36,483 bases of DNA, taken from the NCBI GenBank assembly GCA_031417295.1, contig JANOVJ010000392.1, forward strand, positions 1 to 36,483. The letters are read 5' to 3'. A program made the translations under genes and the position numbers. Numbering within the stretch: the first letter of the stretch is position 1; every line of letters starts with the position of its first letter. Source of the stretch: a bacterium (GTDB lineage Bacteria; Pseudomonadota; Gammaproteobacteria; Burkholderiales; Burkholderiaceae_C). Below are positions 25,317 through 35,842 of the stretch, piece by piece. The notes beneath the pieces were generated by a model that saw nothing but the letters and a program-made list of their open reading frames with translations, was not told the DNA's origin and ran no database searches.

Positions 25317-25435
25317 AGACGACTTTCGCCATGTTCAGGATCACGGTTCTGATGACGCACGACGAATATGCGGATGCCACGACCGTCAGCCCGATAGATG
25401 ACCGAGCACGGGAAGTCGGCAAGTGCCCAGTTCAC
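25313..25435 (-). pseudogene. truncated ParE/RelE-family toxin remnant (40 codons)
   Basis: My translation is (V)NWALADFPCSVIYRADGRGIRIFVVRHQNRDPEHGESRL*. FPCSVIYR..G.IRIFVVRHQNRDP matches the C-terminal consensus of ParE/RelE toxins (FPYsiiYrv.d..i.I.av.H..R.P). The N-terminal ~55 aa are missing. Its GTG overlaps the antitoxin stop and its TGA overlaps the hutF ATG. It is too short for the ORF track. Confidence 0.6.
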
Positions 25436-25656
25436 TGCAGTTCGGCGCGCAAACGGTCCAGCGCATCGTCGAGCGGCACGAGCAGTGAGGGATCGCGGTC
25501 ACTTTCAGCTTCCCGGCGGGCTGCCACTGCGTCCCAGGCCGCATTGCGGGCGACGTCGGCGTCCAGGCTGGCAACCCCACGGTCCAGCAATCGAACCCGA
25601 TCGGCCGTTGGCAACTGAAGAACCTGTGCTTCAAGAACTTCGATTGGGATTTCCAT
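25432..25656 (-). CDS. addiction-module antitoxin (TIGR02574-like 'putative addiction module component')
   Basis: 74 aa from the internal ATG at 25656, after GGGAGAGAAGG. MEIPIEVLEAQVLQLPTADRVRLLDRGVASLD...AWDAVAARREAE matches the family pattern (L...a..L....R..L...L..SL....i..aW..E...R). Confidence 0.8.
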   Translation of the reverse strand: MEIPIEVLEAQVLQLPTADRVRLLDRGVASLDADVARNAAWDAVAARREAESDRDPSLLVPLDDALDRLRAELQ

Positions 25657-25733
25657 GTGCCTTCTCTCCCGACATCGCGATTGAACCGCCCAGCTTGCCA
25701 CAACCAGCCAGGCGCGGTCTCGCAAACTTGCAT

Positions 25734-26066
25734 TCACGATGCGACACGCTCCTGCAATGCTTCCTGCGCCAGCGTGTTGATGCTCTTGCCCTGCGCCTGC
25801 GCCTCGATGGCGAGTCGCTCGTGAAGCTCGGGCGGAATGCGCAGGTTGAACCTGCCGGAGAACTGGCGTCGCGGCTCGATGCCTTTCTCCTGACAGACCT
25901 CCAGAAATACCTGAAGCGACTTCTTGAACTCGCCGCGCAGCTCCCGCGGGTTCTTGCCGTAGAAGTCGGCGCCGCCGCTGAGCCCGAGAATTTCGCCTCG
26001 AAAGAGATCGAGCGCTTCGTCGTACTCGATCTTCGCTCTGTAACCGCCCACTGTCATGATGTTCAT
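25734..26066 (-). CDS. hicB: HicB-family antitoxin
   Basis: The ATG at 26066 overlaps the hicA stop (ATGA). YRAKIEYDEALDLFRGEILGLSGGADFYGKNPRELRGEFKKSL plus the C-terminal RHH FSGRFNLRIPPELHERLAIEAQAQGKSINTLAQEAL. Confidence 0.9.
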   Translation of the reverse strand: MNIMTVGGYRAKIEYDEALDLFRGEILGLSGGADFYGKNPRELRGEFKKSLQVFLEVCQEKGIEPRRQFSGRFNLRIPPELHERLAIEAQAQGKSINTLAQEALQERVAS

Positions 26067-26317
26067 GGTTCGACTCCGTGTTGTTCCAACCACCTGCGGA
26101 TGCTCGCCACCGCACCCTTGTCTGTGTTCGGAGACGGGTGGGGCCGGTGAAACACCCGGACCTCGGCGAACAGGACAACCGCGACGCGGCTGCCTTCTCG
26201 CTCGGTGACTTCAGCGCCCAGTTCCACGAACATCGCCTCAATGTCACGCCACTGGGCGTTGCCACTTGTCGGCCGGGCATAGACGAGTTCGAGGGTGCGC
26301 TGGTGCCGCCGCTTCAT
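26063..26317 (-). CDS. hicA: HicA-family mRNA-interferase toxin
   Basis: 84 aa. MKRRHQRTLELVYARPTSGNAQWRDIEAMFVELGAEVTEREGSRVAV...VFHRPHPSPNTDKGAVASIRRWLEQHGV is a close match to the HicA consensus. Confidence 0.9.
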   Translation of the reverse strand: MKRRHQRTLELVYARPTSGNAQWRDIEAMFVELGAEVTEREGSRVAVVLFAEVRVFHRPHPSPNTDKGAVASIRRWLEQHGVEP

Positions 26318-26332
26318 GCAAAAATGGTACCA

Positions 26333-27148
26333 CTAACGGGTACTGACATTGAATGGTGCCAGCATCGTGGCCGCAAGCTGGAGCAGCAGCGGCAGCACTG
26401 TGGCGGCGCGCTGCGGGTCGTACTTGAACGGCACCACCTCTTCCATGTAACAGCGCCAGCACATCTCCAGTTGCACCGCATGCACGCCCTCGGCCGGCCG
26501 GCCGTACTGGCGGGTGATGTAGCCGCCCTTGAAGCGGCCATCGACGACCTGCGTGAACTGCGTCTGCGCTGCCAGCACATCGCCCAGCGCGCTGCGCAGC
26601 GCGGGGCCGCAACTGGCCCCGTTGGCGGTGCCGAGGTTCAGGTCGGGCAGCCGGCCCTCGAACAGCCAGGGCAATTCCGACTTGATGCTGTGGCCGTCGA
26701 ACAGCACCGCGTGGCCGTGCTCGGCCTTCAGGCGCGCCAGCTCGCCGGCCAGCGCGTCGTGGTACGGCTGCCAGTACGTCGCAAGCCGTCGCGCGATCTC
26801 GGCGGCGTCGGGGTTCTGGCCGTCGCGGTAGAGCGGCTCGCCGGTGAAGGCATGCGTCGGGCACAGCTCGGTGTTGTTGCTGCCCGCGTACATCGGCGTG
26901 TTCTCGGGCGGGCGGTTCAGGTCGATGCAGTAGCGCGAACAGCGCGGCACGATCATGCTGGCGCCGAGTTCGTCGCGGGCAAAGGCGTAGAGCTGGTCCA
27001 GGTGCCAGTCGGTGTCGGCCACCGCCAGCGCGTGCGGGCGCAAACGCGAAGCGATGTCGTCCGGGATCAGCGTGCCCACGTGCGGCAGGCTGACCAGCAG
27101 CGGCGTCGTGCCGCGATGCAGCGTGAACACCCCTTCGCTTTCGTTCAT
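26333..27148 (-). CDS. hutG: N-formylglutamate deformylase
   Basis: Internal ATG 27148 overlaps the hutI stop (ATGA). [43 protein letters not shown] and [13 protein letters not shown] are FGase-family motifs. Confidence 0.9.
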   Translation of the reverse strand: MNESEGVFTLHRGTTPLLVSLPHVGTLIPDDIASRLRPHALAVADTDWHLDQLYAFARDELGASMIVPRCSRYCIDLNRPPENTPMYAGSNNTELCPTHAFTGEPLYRDGQNPDAAEIARRLATYWQPYHDALAGELARLKAEHGHAVLFDGHSIKSELPWLFEGRLPDLNLGTANGASCGPALRSALGDVLAAQTQFTQVVDGRFKGGYITRQYGRPAEGVHAVQLEMCWRCYMEEVVPFKYDPQRAATVLPLLLQLAATMLAPFNVSTR

Positions 27149-28377
27149 GACACACGCTCCTGGCCGCCGACGACAACGCGCCGGCACGGGTTGTGGCCGA
27201 ACCAGTAGGCCAGCTCGTTCGGGTGATCGATCTCCCACACCGCGAAGTCGGCGCGCTGCCCTGCGGCCAATGTGCCGCGGTCGGCCAGGCCGAGCGCGCG
27301 CGCACCGTTGACGGTGACGCCGCGCACCGCCTCTTCCGGCGTCAGGCGGAACAGCGTGCAGGCCATGTTGATCATCAGCAGCAGCGACAGCCCAGGCGAC
27401 GAGCCCGGGTTGTGGTCGCTGGCGATGGCAATCGGCACACCAGCCGCGCGCAGCGTGGCGGTGGGCGGTAGCTTGGTTTCGCGCAAGAAATAGAACGCGC
27501 CGGGCAGCAGCACGGCCACCGTGCCTTGATGACCCACGCGCGGCGCCATCGCCTGCACGCCGGCATCGCTCAGGTATTCGAGGTGGTCGCACGACAGCGC
27601 GCCGTAGCCGGCCGCAAGCGCGGTGCCGCCCTGGTCGCTCAACTGTTCGGCGTGCAGCTTGACCGGCAGCCCAAGGCGCTGCGCGGTGTCGAACACGCGG
27701 CGCGTCTGCGCGGGCGTGAAACCGATGGTCTCGCAGAACGCATCGACCGCATCGACCAGGCCTTGCGCGTGCAGCGCCGGCATCCAGGCGCAGACCGCAT
27801 CGATGTAGTCGTCGGCACGGCCTTCGAACTCGGGCGGCAGCGCGTGCGCACCGAGGAAGGTGGTGCGCACGGTCAGCGCGAGTTCGCTGCCGAGGCGGCG
27901 GGCCACGGCCAGGCAGCGCGCCTCGTCGTGCAGCGACAGGCCGTAGCCCGATTTCACTTCCAGCGTCGTCACGCCCTCGCCCATCAGTGCCAGCGCACGT
28001 TGCCGTGCCGAGGCGAACAGCGCTTCGTCGCTCGCGGCGCGCGTGGCGGCCACGGTCGAGCGGATGCCACCACCGGCGCGGGCGATGGCTTCGTAGCTCG
28101 CGCCTTGCAGCCGCAACTCGAACTCGGCCGCGCGCTGGCCGCCGTAGACGAGGTGGGTGTGGCAGTCCACCAGCCCCGGCGTGACGAGCGCGCCGCCGAG
28201 GTCGTGTTCGGCTGCGACGGCAAGCCGGGCAGGCAGCGCCGATTCGTCGCCTACCCAGGCGATGCGGTCGCCCTCGGTGACGAGCGCGCCGCGTTCCACC
28301 CAACCCCAGGGCGTGCTGCCCACGAGAGTGGCGAGTTTCGCGTTGCGCCACAGCGTCCGAGCCGAGGTCGTTCTCAT
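27145..28377 (-). CDS. hutI: imidazolonepropionase
   Basis: Internal ATG 28377 overlaps the hutD stop. [41 protein letters not shown] and [11 protein letters not shown] are HutI signatures. Confidence 0.93.
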   Translation of the reverse strand: MRTTSARTLWRNAKLATLVGSTPWGWVERGALVTEGDRIAWVGDESALPARLAVAAEHDLGGALVTPGLVDCHTHLVYGGQRAAEFELRLQGASYEAIARAGGGIRSTVAATRAASDEALFASARQRALALMGEGVTTLEVKSGYGLSLHDEARCLAVARRLGSELALTVRTTFLGAHALPPEFEGRADDYIDAVCAWMPALHAQGLVDAVDAFCETIGFTPAQTRRVFDTAQRLGLPVKLHAEQLSDQGGTALAAGYGALSCDHLEYLSDAGVQAMAPRVGHQGTVAVLLPGAFYFLRETKLPPTATLRAAGVPIAIASDHNPGSSPGLSLLLMINMACTLFRLTPEEAVRGVTVNGARALGLADRGTLAAGQRADFAVWEIDHPNELAYWFGHNPCRRVVVGGQERVS

Positions 28378-28967
28378 GCCGGAGTCTCCCGAGTCTCGAC
28401 ATCGGCGCCGATCCAGAACACTGGCGCAGCGGGGTCGCTCGCCACGAGCCGGCAAGGCCCCGGGCCGAGATTGCACAGCAGCGTGTTCGCAGCCAGTTGG
28501 ACCGACACGCCGGCCTCGCCATGCCAGCACGCAGCGCCGCTCGCGAAGCAGGCTCGCCAAGGCCAGGCGTCACTCCACGGCAGGCCGTCTACTGCCGGTT
28601 GCACACAGCCGCGAGCGCCGCCACGCAGCATCAGGTTCAGGTCGCGCGTCGGGCCATCGACGAGGCGGCAGCCGGGTGCGTCGGCGCCGTCGAAACACAG
28701 CGGCGCGCTCTGCGGGGTGAGGCGCTGCTCGGCGCCGGCAAACGTCAGCGCGACTCCGCCGCCCTCGAGCACAGCGAACCAGCGCTGCACACCGGGGAAG
28801 ACCGAGAACGGGCCGTCCGCATCGATGTCGGCCAGGCTGATGCGCAGCCGCCAATTCGGCCCCGCCGGCCAGGCCAGCAACTCGCGCGTGCGCCCGCCGC
28901 CATTGCGCCAGGCTTGCGGCGCCCTGTCGGCCGCGCGAATCTGGGTCAGCGGTGGCGTGACCATCAT
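28374..28967 (-). CDS. hutD: HutD-family protein
   Basis: Internal ATG 28967 overlaps the upstream stop (ATGA). [17 protein letters not shown] and the later [17 protein letters not shown] fit the HutD family. Confidence 0.8.
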   Translation of the reverse strand: MMVTPPLTQIRAADRAPQAWRNGGGRTRELLAWPAGPNWRLRISLADIDADGPFSVFPGVQRWFAVLEGGGVALTFAGAEQRLTPQSAPLCFDGADAPGCRLVDGPTRDLNLMLRGGARGCVQPAVDGLPWSDAWPWRACFASGAACWHGEAGVSVQLAANTLLCNLGPGPCRLVASDPAAPVFWIGADVETRETPA

Positions 28968-29821
28968 GCGGCACCGCGCTGCCACAGCACGGGGAACAAC
29001 GGATGATCCAGTGGCGCGCCATCGGGCAACTCGCCGGCCAGGCCCGGGAAATCGGGCGAGGTGGTCCACGCGCGCGGTGCGTGGCGCATGTCGTCACCGA
29101 GGAAGCGGACCGAGAACACGCGTCGCCGCCGGTCGCCATCGACACCGGCCGCTGCGTGCAGCGCGAGCATGTGGAAGCACACCACGTCGCCCGGTTCGAT
29201 CGCCCAGCCAAGGATGTTGTGCGCGTTTTGGTGTGACCCGCGCGCGGCCTCGATGTCGGGCAGCTCGGCCAGGCTGCCTTCGGGAAACCAGCGCGCCTGC
29301 TGCGTCATGAAAGTGCGCGGCATCAGCCAGGGGCCGAGGTGCGAGCCGGCGACGAATTCGAGCGTGGAATGGCGCCGCACCGGATCGACGGCAATCCACA
29401 TGCTCACGTTCTGCCGCCCGGCCACGTTGTAATACGGCTGGTCCTGGTGCCACGGCGTGCGCTGGCGCGTACCCGGCTCCTTGGTCAGCATGTGGTCGTG
29501 GTACAGGCGCACGGTGTTTGCGCGCATCAACAGGCCGGCGGTGGCCGCGAGGGGCGAGTCGAAGATCGCGCGCCGGTAGGCGGCGTTGGCCTGCCAGTTG
29601 CAGAAGTCCTCGACGAAGTGGCCCGGGTCGCCGGGCGCGCTGGCGACGATGGCGCGCGGGCTGGGCGCGGCGAGGTTCGAGTCGATGCCGTCGCGGATCA
29701 GCGCGACCTCGGCCGGCGACAGCAACTGGCGTACGCAGACCGCACCGTCGCGCCAGAATGCTTCGGCGAGTTCGCGTGTGACGCACGTGGCGGCGCGATC
29801 TGCGGCACTTGACCCACTCAC
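28964..29821 (-). CDS. PhyH-family Fe(II)/2-oxoglutarate-dependent dioxygenase
   Basis: 285 aa; the GTG start at 29821 overlaps the hutC stop (GTGA). HxD facial-triad motif TPWHQDQPYY. GDVVCFHMLALHAA supplies the distal His. Overall the layout resembles phytanoyl-CoA dioxygenase/ectoine-hydroxylase-type proteins. Confidence 0.85.
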   Translation of the reverse strand: MSGSSAADRAATCVTRELAEAFWRDGAVCVRQLLSPAEVALIRDGIDSNLAAPSPRAIVASAPGDPGHFVEDFCNWQANAAYRRAIFDSPLAATAGLLMRANTVRLYHDHMLTKEPGTRQRTPWHQDQPYYNVAGRQNVSMWIAVDPVRRHSTLEFVAGSHLGPWLMPRTFMTQQARWFPEGSLAELPDIEAARGSHQNAHNILGWAIEPGDVVCFHMLALHAAAGVDGDRRRRVFSVRFLGDDMRHAPRAWTTSPDFPGLAGELPDGAPLDHPLFPVLWQRGAA

Positions 29822-30537
29822 GGCGCGAACTCCCCATGCAGCGTGTAGCGCGAACCGGGCTGCACCAACCGCGCGATCGTGATCGCGGCGTCGCGCGTGA
29901 AGGTCCGCCGCACGACCACGAGGCAGGGCTCACGCTCGCCGATGCCGAGCAGCGCCGCCTCCTGCGGCGTGGGCAGCGCGGCCTCGATCGAGTACTGCGC
30001 GCGCCACAGCGCGGTGACCTCGAACAGGTAGTGCGTGGGCGTCGTCTGCGTGAAGTCAACGCCCAGGTAGCCCGGCGCGCAGGCCGGGTTGACATAACGG
30101 TCTTCGCACTGCAACGCCACGCCCTCTTCCGAATGCACGATCAGGCTGTGGAACACCGGCGCGCCCGGCGCCAGGCCGAGCTGCCGCGCCAGCGGCGGCG
30201 GCGCGGCCTCCTGGCGCACGAGTTGCACCCGGGCTTCGTGGCGGTGGCCGCGATCGGTGATCTCGTCGTGCAGGTCGCGGATCGTCAGCGTCGACGACAC
30301 CCGGTGCAACTGCGCGGCGAAGGTGCCCACGCCCTGCACCCGCTCGATCAGCCCCTCGCCCTGCAGCTCGCGCAGCGCGCGGTTGACGGTCATCCGGCTG
30401 ACGCCGAACTGCGCCACCAGTTCGGCCTCGGACGGCATCAGCGCGCCGGGCGGCCAGCGGCCCTGCGACAAGGCGTCCATCAGGTGTTGCTTGACGCGGG
30501 CGTAGGGCGCGGCGGCGGAACGGGGGGGCGAGGCCAT
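29818..30537 (-). CDS. hutC: histidine utilisation repressor, GntR/HutC family
   Basis: ATG at 30537. wHTH LMPSEAELVAQFGVSRMTVNRALRELQGEGLIERVQGVGTFAA followed by a UTRA effector domain. It is divergent from hutU with palindromic operators between them. Confidence 0.9.
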   Translation of the reverse strand: MASPPRSAAAPYARVKQHLMDALSQGRWPPGALMPSEAELVAQFGVSRMTVNRALRELQGEGLIERVQGVGTFAAQLHRVSSTLTIRDLHDEITDRGHRHEARVQLVRQEAAPPPLARQLGLAPGAPVFHSLIVHSEEGVALQCEDRYVNPACAPGYLGVDFTQTTPTHYLFEVTALWRAQYSIEAALPTPQEAALLGIGEREPCLVVVRRTFTRDAAITIARLVQPGSRYTLHGEFAP

Positions 30538-30559
30538 GGCCGGATCGTACCGGCCCAAG

Positions 30560-30581
30560 CTTGTCTAGACAAGTAGACAAG
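30560..30581. promoter_or_regulatory. HutC-type operator 1 (proximal to hutC)
   Basis: Perfect 14-bp palindrome CTTGTCTAGACAAG (30560-30573), then a tandem copy of the half-site TAGACAAG (30574-30581). It fits the GntR/HutC GT-N-TA-N-AC pattern. Confidence 0.65.
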
Positions 30582-30620
30582 GCGCAAGGATGGCCAGGGA
30601 AAACCATGAGAGGATCCTGC

Positions 30621-30649
30621 TTGTACGCACTTGTCTAGACAAGTAAAGT
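30621..30649 (+). promoter_or_regulatory. candidate sigma-70 promoter of hutU
   Basis: TTGTAC (30621-30626), a 17-nt spacer, then TAAAGT (30644-30649). Operator 2 fills the spacer. GAGG lies 5 nt before the hutU ATG. Confidence 0.4.
30629..30644. promoter_or_regulatory. HutC-type operator 2 (proximal to hutU)
   Basis: Perfect 16-bp palindrome ACTTGTCTAGACAAGT, sharing the 14-bp core CTTGTCTAGACAAG of operator 1. It lies 39 nt upstream of the hutU ATG. Confidence 0.7.
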
Positions 30650-30682
30650 CACTCCTCCAGAATCGCCAGCTTCGAGGCCGCC

Positions 30683-32431
<1,749 letters not shown>

Positions 32432-32465
32432 GGGAAAGGGCGTGAGCGAAAAGACTCCCTGACCC

Positions 32466-32490
32466 TTCCCTCTCCCAAAGGGAGAGGGAA
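32466..32490. repeat. REP-like hairpin 2 (TTCCCTCTCC-caaag-GGAGAGGGAA)
   Basis: 10-bp perfect stem with the same core as hairpin 1 and related to the hairpin at 11188-11224. It lies in the 73-nt hutU-hutH spacer. Confidence 0.6.
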
Positions 32491-32504
32491 ATACAAAGAA
32501 CCTC

Positions 32505-34055
32505 ATGAACCGATCACTCCACATCACCCCCGGTGCACTGACGCTGGACCAGCTTCAAGCCATCCACGCCGGTGGCGTCACGCTGGCGATCGACCCTGCC
32601 GCCCGCGCCGGCATCCTCGCCAGCGCCGCCGTGGTGCAGCGTGCCGCCCAGGGCGATGCGCCCGTCTACGGCGTCAACACCGGCTTCGGCAAGCTCGCCA
32701 ACCAGCGCATCAGCCAGAGCCAGCTCGACCAGTTGCAGTTGAACCTGATCCGCTCGCACTGCGTCGGCGTCGGCAAGCCGCTGGCGCCGGAGGTGGTGCG
32801 CCTGATGCTGGCGCTGAAGGCGGCCAGTCTGGCACGCGGGCATTCTGGGGTGCGCGAAGTCGTGATCGACACGCTGGTCGCGGTGCACAACGCCGGGCTC
32901 GTGCCCTATGTGCCGTCGCAGGGGTCGGTCGGTGCGTCGGGCGACCTGGCGCCGCTGGCGCACATGACGCTCGCGCTGCTGGGCGAAGGCGAGATGCTCG
33001 TCGATGGCAAGCGCTTGCCGGCCGCGCCGCTGCTGCAAGCCGCCGGCATCGCGCCGCTGAAGCTCGGCGCGAAGGAAGGCCTGGCGCTGATCAACGGCAC
33101 GCAGACTTCGACCGCGCTCGCGCTGCACGCGCTGCTCGCGTTCGAGCCGGTGCTCGAAGCCGCGCTCGTCGTCGGCGCGCTGACGGTGGACGCCGCGCGC
33201 GGCAGCGACGGCCCGTTCGACCCGCGCATCCACGCGCTGCGCGGCCAGCCGGGGCAGATCGACGTGGCCCAGTACTACCGAGCGCTCTTGGCCGGCAGCG
33301 CCATCCGCCGCTCTCACGAAACCGGCGACGACCGCGTGCAAGACCCGTACTCGCTGCGCTGCCAGCCGCAAGTGGTGGGCGCCTGCCTCGACCAACTGCG
33401 CCACGCCGCGCGGGTGCTGTTGTGCGAGGCGAATGCGGTGACGGACAACCCGCTCGTTTTCGCTGAGGACGGGATGATGATTTCCGGCGGCAACTTTCAC
33501 GCTGAACCGGTGGCGCTGGCCGCGGATGGCATGGCGCTGGCCATTGCCGAAGTCGGTGCCATCGCCGAGCGCCGCATCGCGATGCTGATCGATGCCGGCG
33601 TGTCGCGTCTGCCGCCGTTCCTCACCGCAGACGCCGGCCTGAACTCGGGCTTCATGATCGCCCATGTCACCGCCGCGGCACTGGCGTCGGAGAACAAGTC
33701 GCTCGCGCACCCGGCGAGCGTCGATTCATTGCCCACCTCTGCGAACCAGGAAGACCACGTGTCGATGGCCACCTTCGCCGCGCGCCGGCTGCAGCCGATG
33801 ATCCGCAACGTCGCGCACATCCTCGCGATCGAGCTGCTGGCCTCGGCGCAAGGCATCGAGTTCCTGCGCCCGCTGACGAGTTCGGCCGCGCTCGAGGCGG
33901 TGCACGCGCTGCTGCGCACGCACTGCCCCGCGATGGCGCAAGACCGCTACCTGTCGCCCGACATCGAACGCGCAACCACGCTCGTCACCGATGGTTCGCT
34001 GGCACGCATCCTGCGAACGCTTCCTGCGCTGCCGGCGCTGTGGATTCCGGCTTGA
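32505..34055 (+). CDS. hutH: histidine ammonia-lyase
   Basis: 516 aa. YGVNTGFGKLA, GSVGASGDLAPLAHM (the Ala-Ser-Gly MIO-forming triad) and NQEDHVSM. Confidence 0.95.
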   Translation: MNRSLHITPGALTLDQLQAIHAGGVTLAIDPAARAGILASAAVVQRAAQGDAPVYGVNTGFGKLANQRISQSQLDQLQLNLIRSHCVGVGKPLAPEVVRLMLALKAASLARGHSGVREVVIDTLVAVHNAGLVPYVPSQGSVGASGDLAPLAHMTLALLGEGEMLVDGKRLPAAPLLQAAGIAPLKLGAKEGLALINGTQTSTALALHALLAFEPVLEAALVVGALTVDAARGSDGPFDPRIHALRGQPGQIDVAQYYRALLAGSAIRRSHETGDDRVQDPYSLRCQPQVVGACLDQLRHAARVLLCEANAVTDNPLVFAEDGMMISGGNFHAEPVALAADGMALAIAEVGAIAERRIAMLIDAGVSRLPPFLTADAGLNSGFMIAHVTAAALASENKSLAHPASVDSLPTSANQEDHVSMATFAARRLQPMIRNVAHILAIELLASAQGIEFLRPLTSSAALEAVHALLRTHCPAMAQDRYLSPDIERATTLVTDGSLARILRTLPALPALWIPA

Positions 34056-34093
34056 AACTCGTATCACTCAACCCCGTTTTTTCGGAGAACCGC

Positions 34094-35041
34094 ATGCCCA
34101 TCAAGACCCTCATCGCCTTCGCCATCGCCGCTGTTGGCTTCGCCGCCCAGGCCCAGGAAACGCCGGTCACGATCGCCATGTCGGGCTGGACCGGTTTCGC
34201 GCCGCTCACGCTCGCCAAGGAAGCCGGCCTGTTCAAGAAGCGCGGGCTCGACGTGACGATCAAGAAGATTCCGCAGAAAGACCGCCACCTCGCCATCGCC
34301 TCGGGCGACGTGCAGTGCGCGGCCACCACGGTCGAGACCTGGATCGCGTGGAACGCGGCCGGTGTGGCGACGACGCAGATCTTCCAGCTCGACAAGAGCT
34401 TTGGTGCCGACGGCATGGTCGTCAAGCCGACGATCATGAAAATCGCCGACCTCAAGGGAAAGACCGTTGCCGCCGACGCGCCGGGCACGGCCACCTACTT
34501 CACATTGGCCTGGATGCTGAAGAAGAACGGCCTGACGCTGAAGGACGTGAAGGTCGTCAACCTTTCGCCGCAGGCGGCTGCGAACGCCTTCCTCGCTGGC
34601 AATAGCGATGTCGACGCCGGCATGACCTACGAGCCGTATCTCTCGGCGGTGCGTGCCAAACCCGAGACCGGCAAGATCCTCGCGACCACGCTCGACTACC
34701 CGATGATCATGGACACCTTCGGCTGCACGCCGAAGTTCCTGGCCGAGAACCCCAAGGCCGCGCAGGCGCTGACCGATGCGTACTTCGAGGCGCTCGAATT
34801 GATCAAGGCCGACCCGAAGAAGAGCTTCGAGATCATGGGCGCCGACGTGAAGCAGAGCGGCGAAGCCTTCGATGCTTCGCAGAAGAACCTGCGCTGGCAG
34901 GACAAGGCAGCCAACCAGAAGTTCTTTGCCGGCGAGCACGCTGCGTTCAGCAAGGAAGCGGCCGAGCTGCTGCTCGAGGCCGGGATCATCAAGCAGTTGC
35001 CCGACATGACGAAGCTGGCCGACACGCGCTTCATCAAGTGA
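34094..35041 (+). CDS. ABC transporter periplasmic substrate-binding protein, NitT/TauT (NMT1/SsuA-like) family
   Basis: ATG 34094 after GGAG. Signal peptide MPIKTLIAFAIAAVGFAAQAQE. Sequence continues with IAMSGWTGFAPLTLAKEAGLFKKRGLDV. It is co-directional with hutUH. Confidence 0.85.
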   Translation: MPIKTLIAFAIAAVGFAAQAQETPVTIAMSGWTGFAPLTLAKEAGLFKKRGLDVTIKKIPQKDRHLAIASGDVQCAATTVETWIAWNAAGVATTQIFQLDKSFGADGMVVKPTIMKIADLKGKTVAADAPGTATYFTLAWMLKKNGLTLKDVKVVNLSPQAAANAFLAGNSDVDAGMTYEPYLSAVRAKPETGKILATTLDYPMIMDTFGCTPKFLAENPKAAQALTDAYFEALELIKADPKKSFEIMGADVKQSGEAFDASQKNLRWQDKAANQKFFAGEHAAFSKEAAELLLEAGIIKQLPDMTKLADTRFIK

Positions 35042-35062
35042 GCGGCACGGCTTGACGACGCC

Positions 35063-35842
35063 ATGAAGCCCCTCACCCCCGTCGAACCGCGCACGCGCAC
35101 CGCGCTGGGCATCGGCTTCTTCGTCTTGTTCGTCGCGTTCTGGAGCGCGATCTCGTTCGGCGGCGTGGTCTCGAAAACCTTCCTCGCCGACCCGCTGACG
35201 ATGCTGGCCAGCGGCTGGAACCTGATTGCCCACCAGGGCTTCCTCAAGGACATCGGGATGACGATGTGGCGCGTCTTCGGCGGCTTTGCGATCGCCGTCG
35301 TGTTCGCGCTGCCGCTGGGTGTGGCGATGGGTGCCTACAAGCCGATCGAGGCGCTGTTCGAGCCCTTCGTCTCGTTCGCGCGCTACCTGCCGGCGAGTGC
35401 GTTCATTCCGCTGTTGATCCTCTGGGCCGGCATTGGCGAGGCGCAGAAGCTTTCGGTCATCTTTCTCGGCAGCTTTTTTCAGCTCGTGCTGATGTTTGCC
35501 GTGGCGGTGGGCAACACCCGGCGCGACCTGGTGGAAGCCGCCTACACGCTGGGCTCGACCGACCGCAGCCTCATCAAGCGGGTGCTGATCCCCGGCGCGG
35601 CGCCCGAGGTGGCCGAGATCCTGCGGATGGTGCTGGGCTGGGCCTGGACGTATGTGATCGTGGCCGAGCTGATCGGTGCAAGCAGCGGCATCGGCCACAT
35701 GATCACCGACAGCCAGGCGCTGCTGGCCACCGACCAGATCATCTTCGGCATCATCGTGATCGGGCTGATCGGCCTCGTCTGCGACTTTGTCTTCAAGTGG
35801 GTCAACCGGCGCCTGTTCCCGTGGGCGCAACTCGGGAGATGA
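35063..35842 (+). CDS. ABC transporter permease (NitT/TauT family)
   Basis: 259 aa with 6 hydrophobic helices. EAA-like loop EAAYTLGSTDRSLIKRVLIPGAAP. Confidence 0.9.
   Translation: MKPLTPVEPRTRTALGIGFFVLFVAFWSAISFGGVVSKTFLADPLTMLASGWNLIAHQGFLKDIGMTMWRVFGGFAIAVVFALPLGVAMGAYKPIEALFEPFVSFARYLPASAFIPLLILWAGIGEAQKLSVIFLGSFFQLVLMFAVAVGNTRRDLVEAAYTLGSTDRSLIKRVLIPGAAPEVAEILRMVLGWAWTYVIVAELIGASSGIGHMITDSQALLATDQIIFGIIVIGLIGLVCDFVFKWVNRRLFPWAQLGR

Noticed and set aside
25093-25422. 109-aa minus-strand ORF overlapping the hutF start region, considered as the missing toxin partner of the antitoxin.
   Set aside because: It is in the wrong frame relative to the ParE-like peptide and has no toxin motifs. 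It overlaps the well-supported hutF N-terminus. The ParE similarity is in the 40-codon frame at 25313-25435 instead.
26333-28573. Single 746-aa ORF spanning hutG and hutI, and the over-long track starts for several genes (4047, 8184, 10048, 12088, 14054, 16437, 16772, 27145-28560, 28374-29069, 25432-26280, 34040).
   Set aside because: The N-terminal extensions are low-complexity Arg/Pro/Ala sequence that overlaps the upstream genes. Internal ATG or GTG codons with an RBS or 4-nt stop/start overlaps give proteins that begin at the conserved family N-termini.
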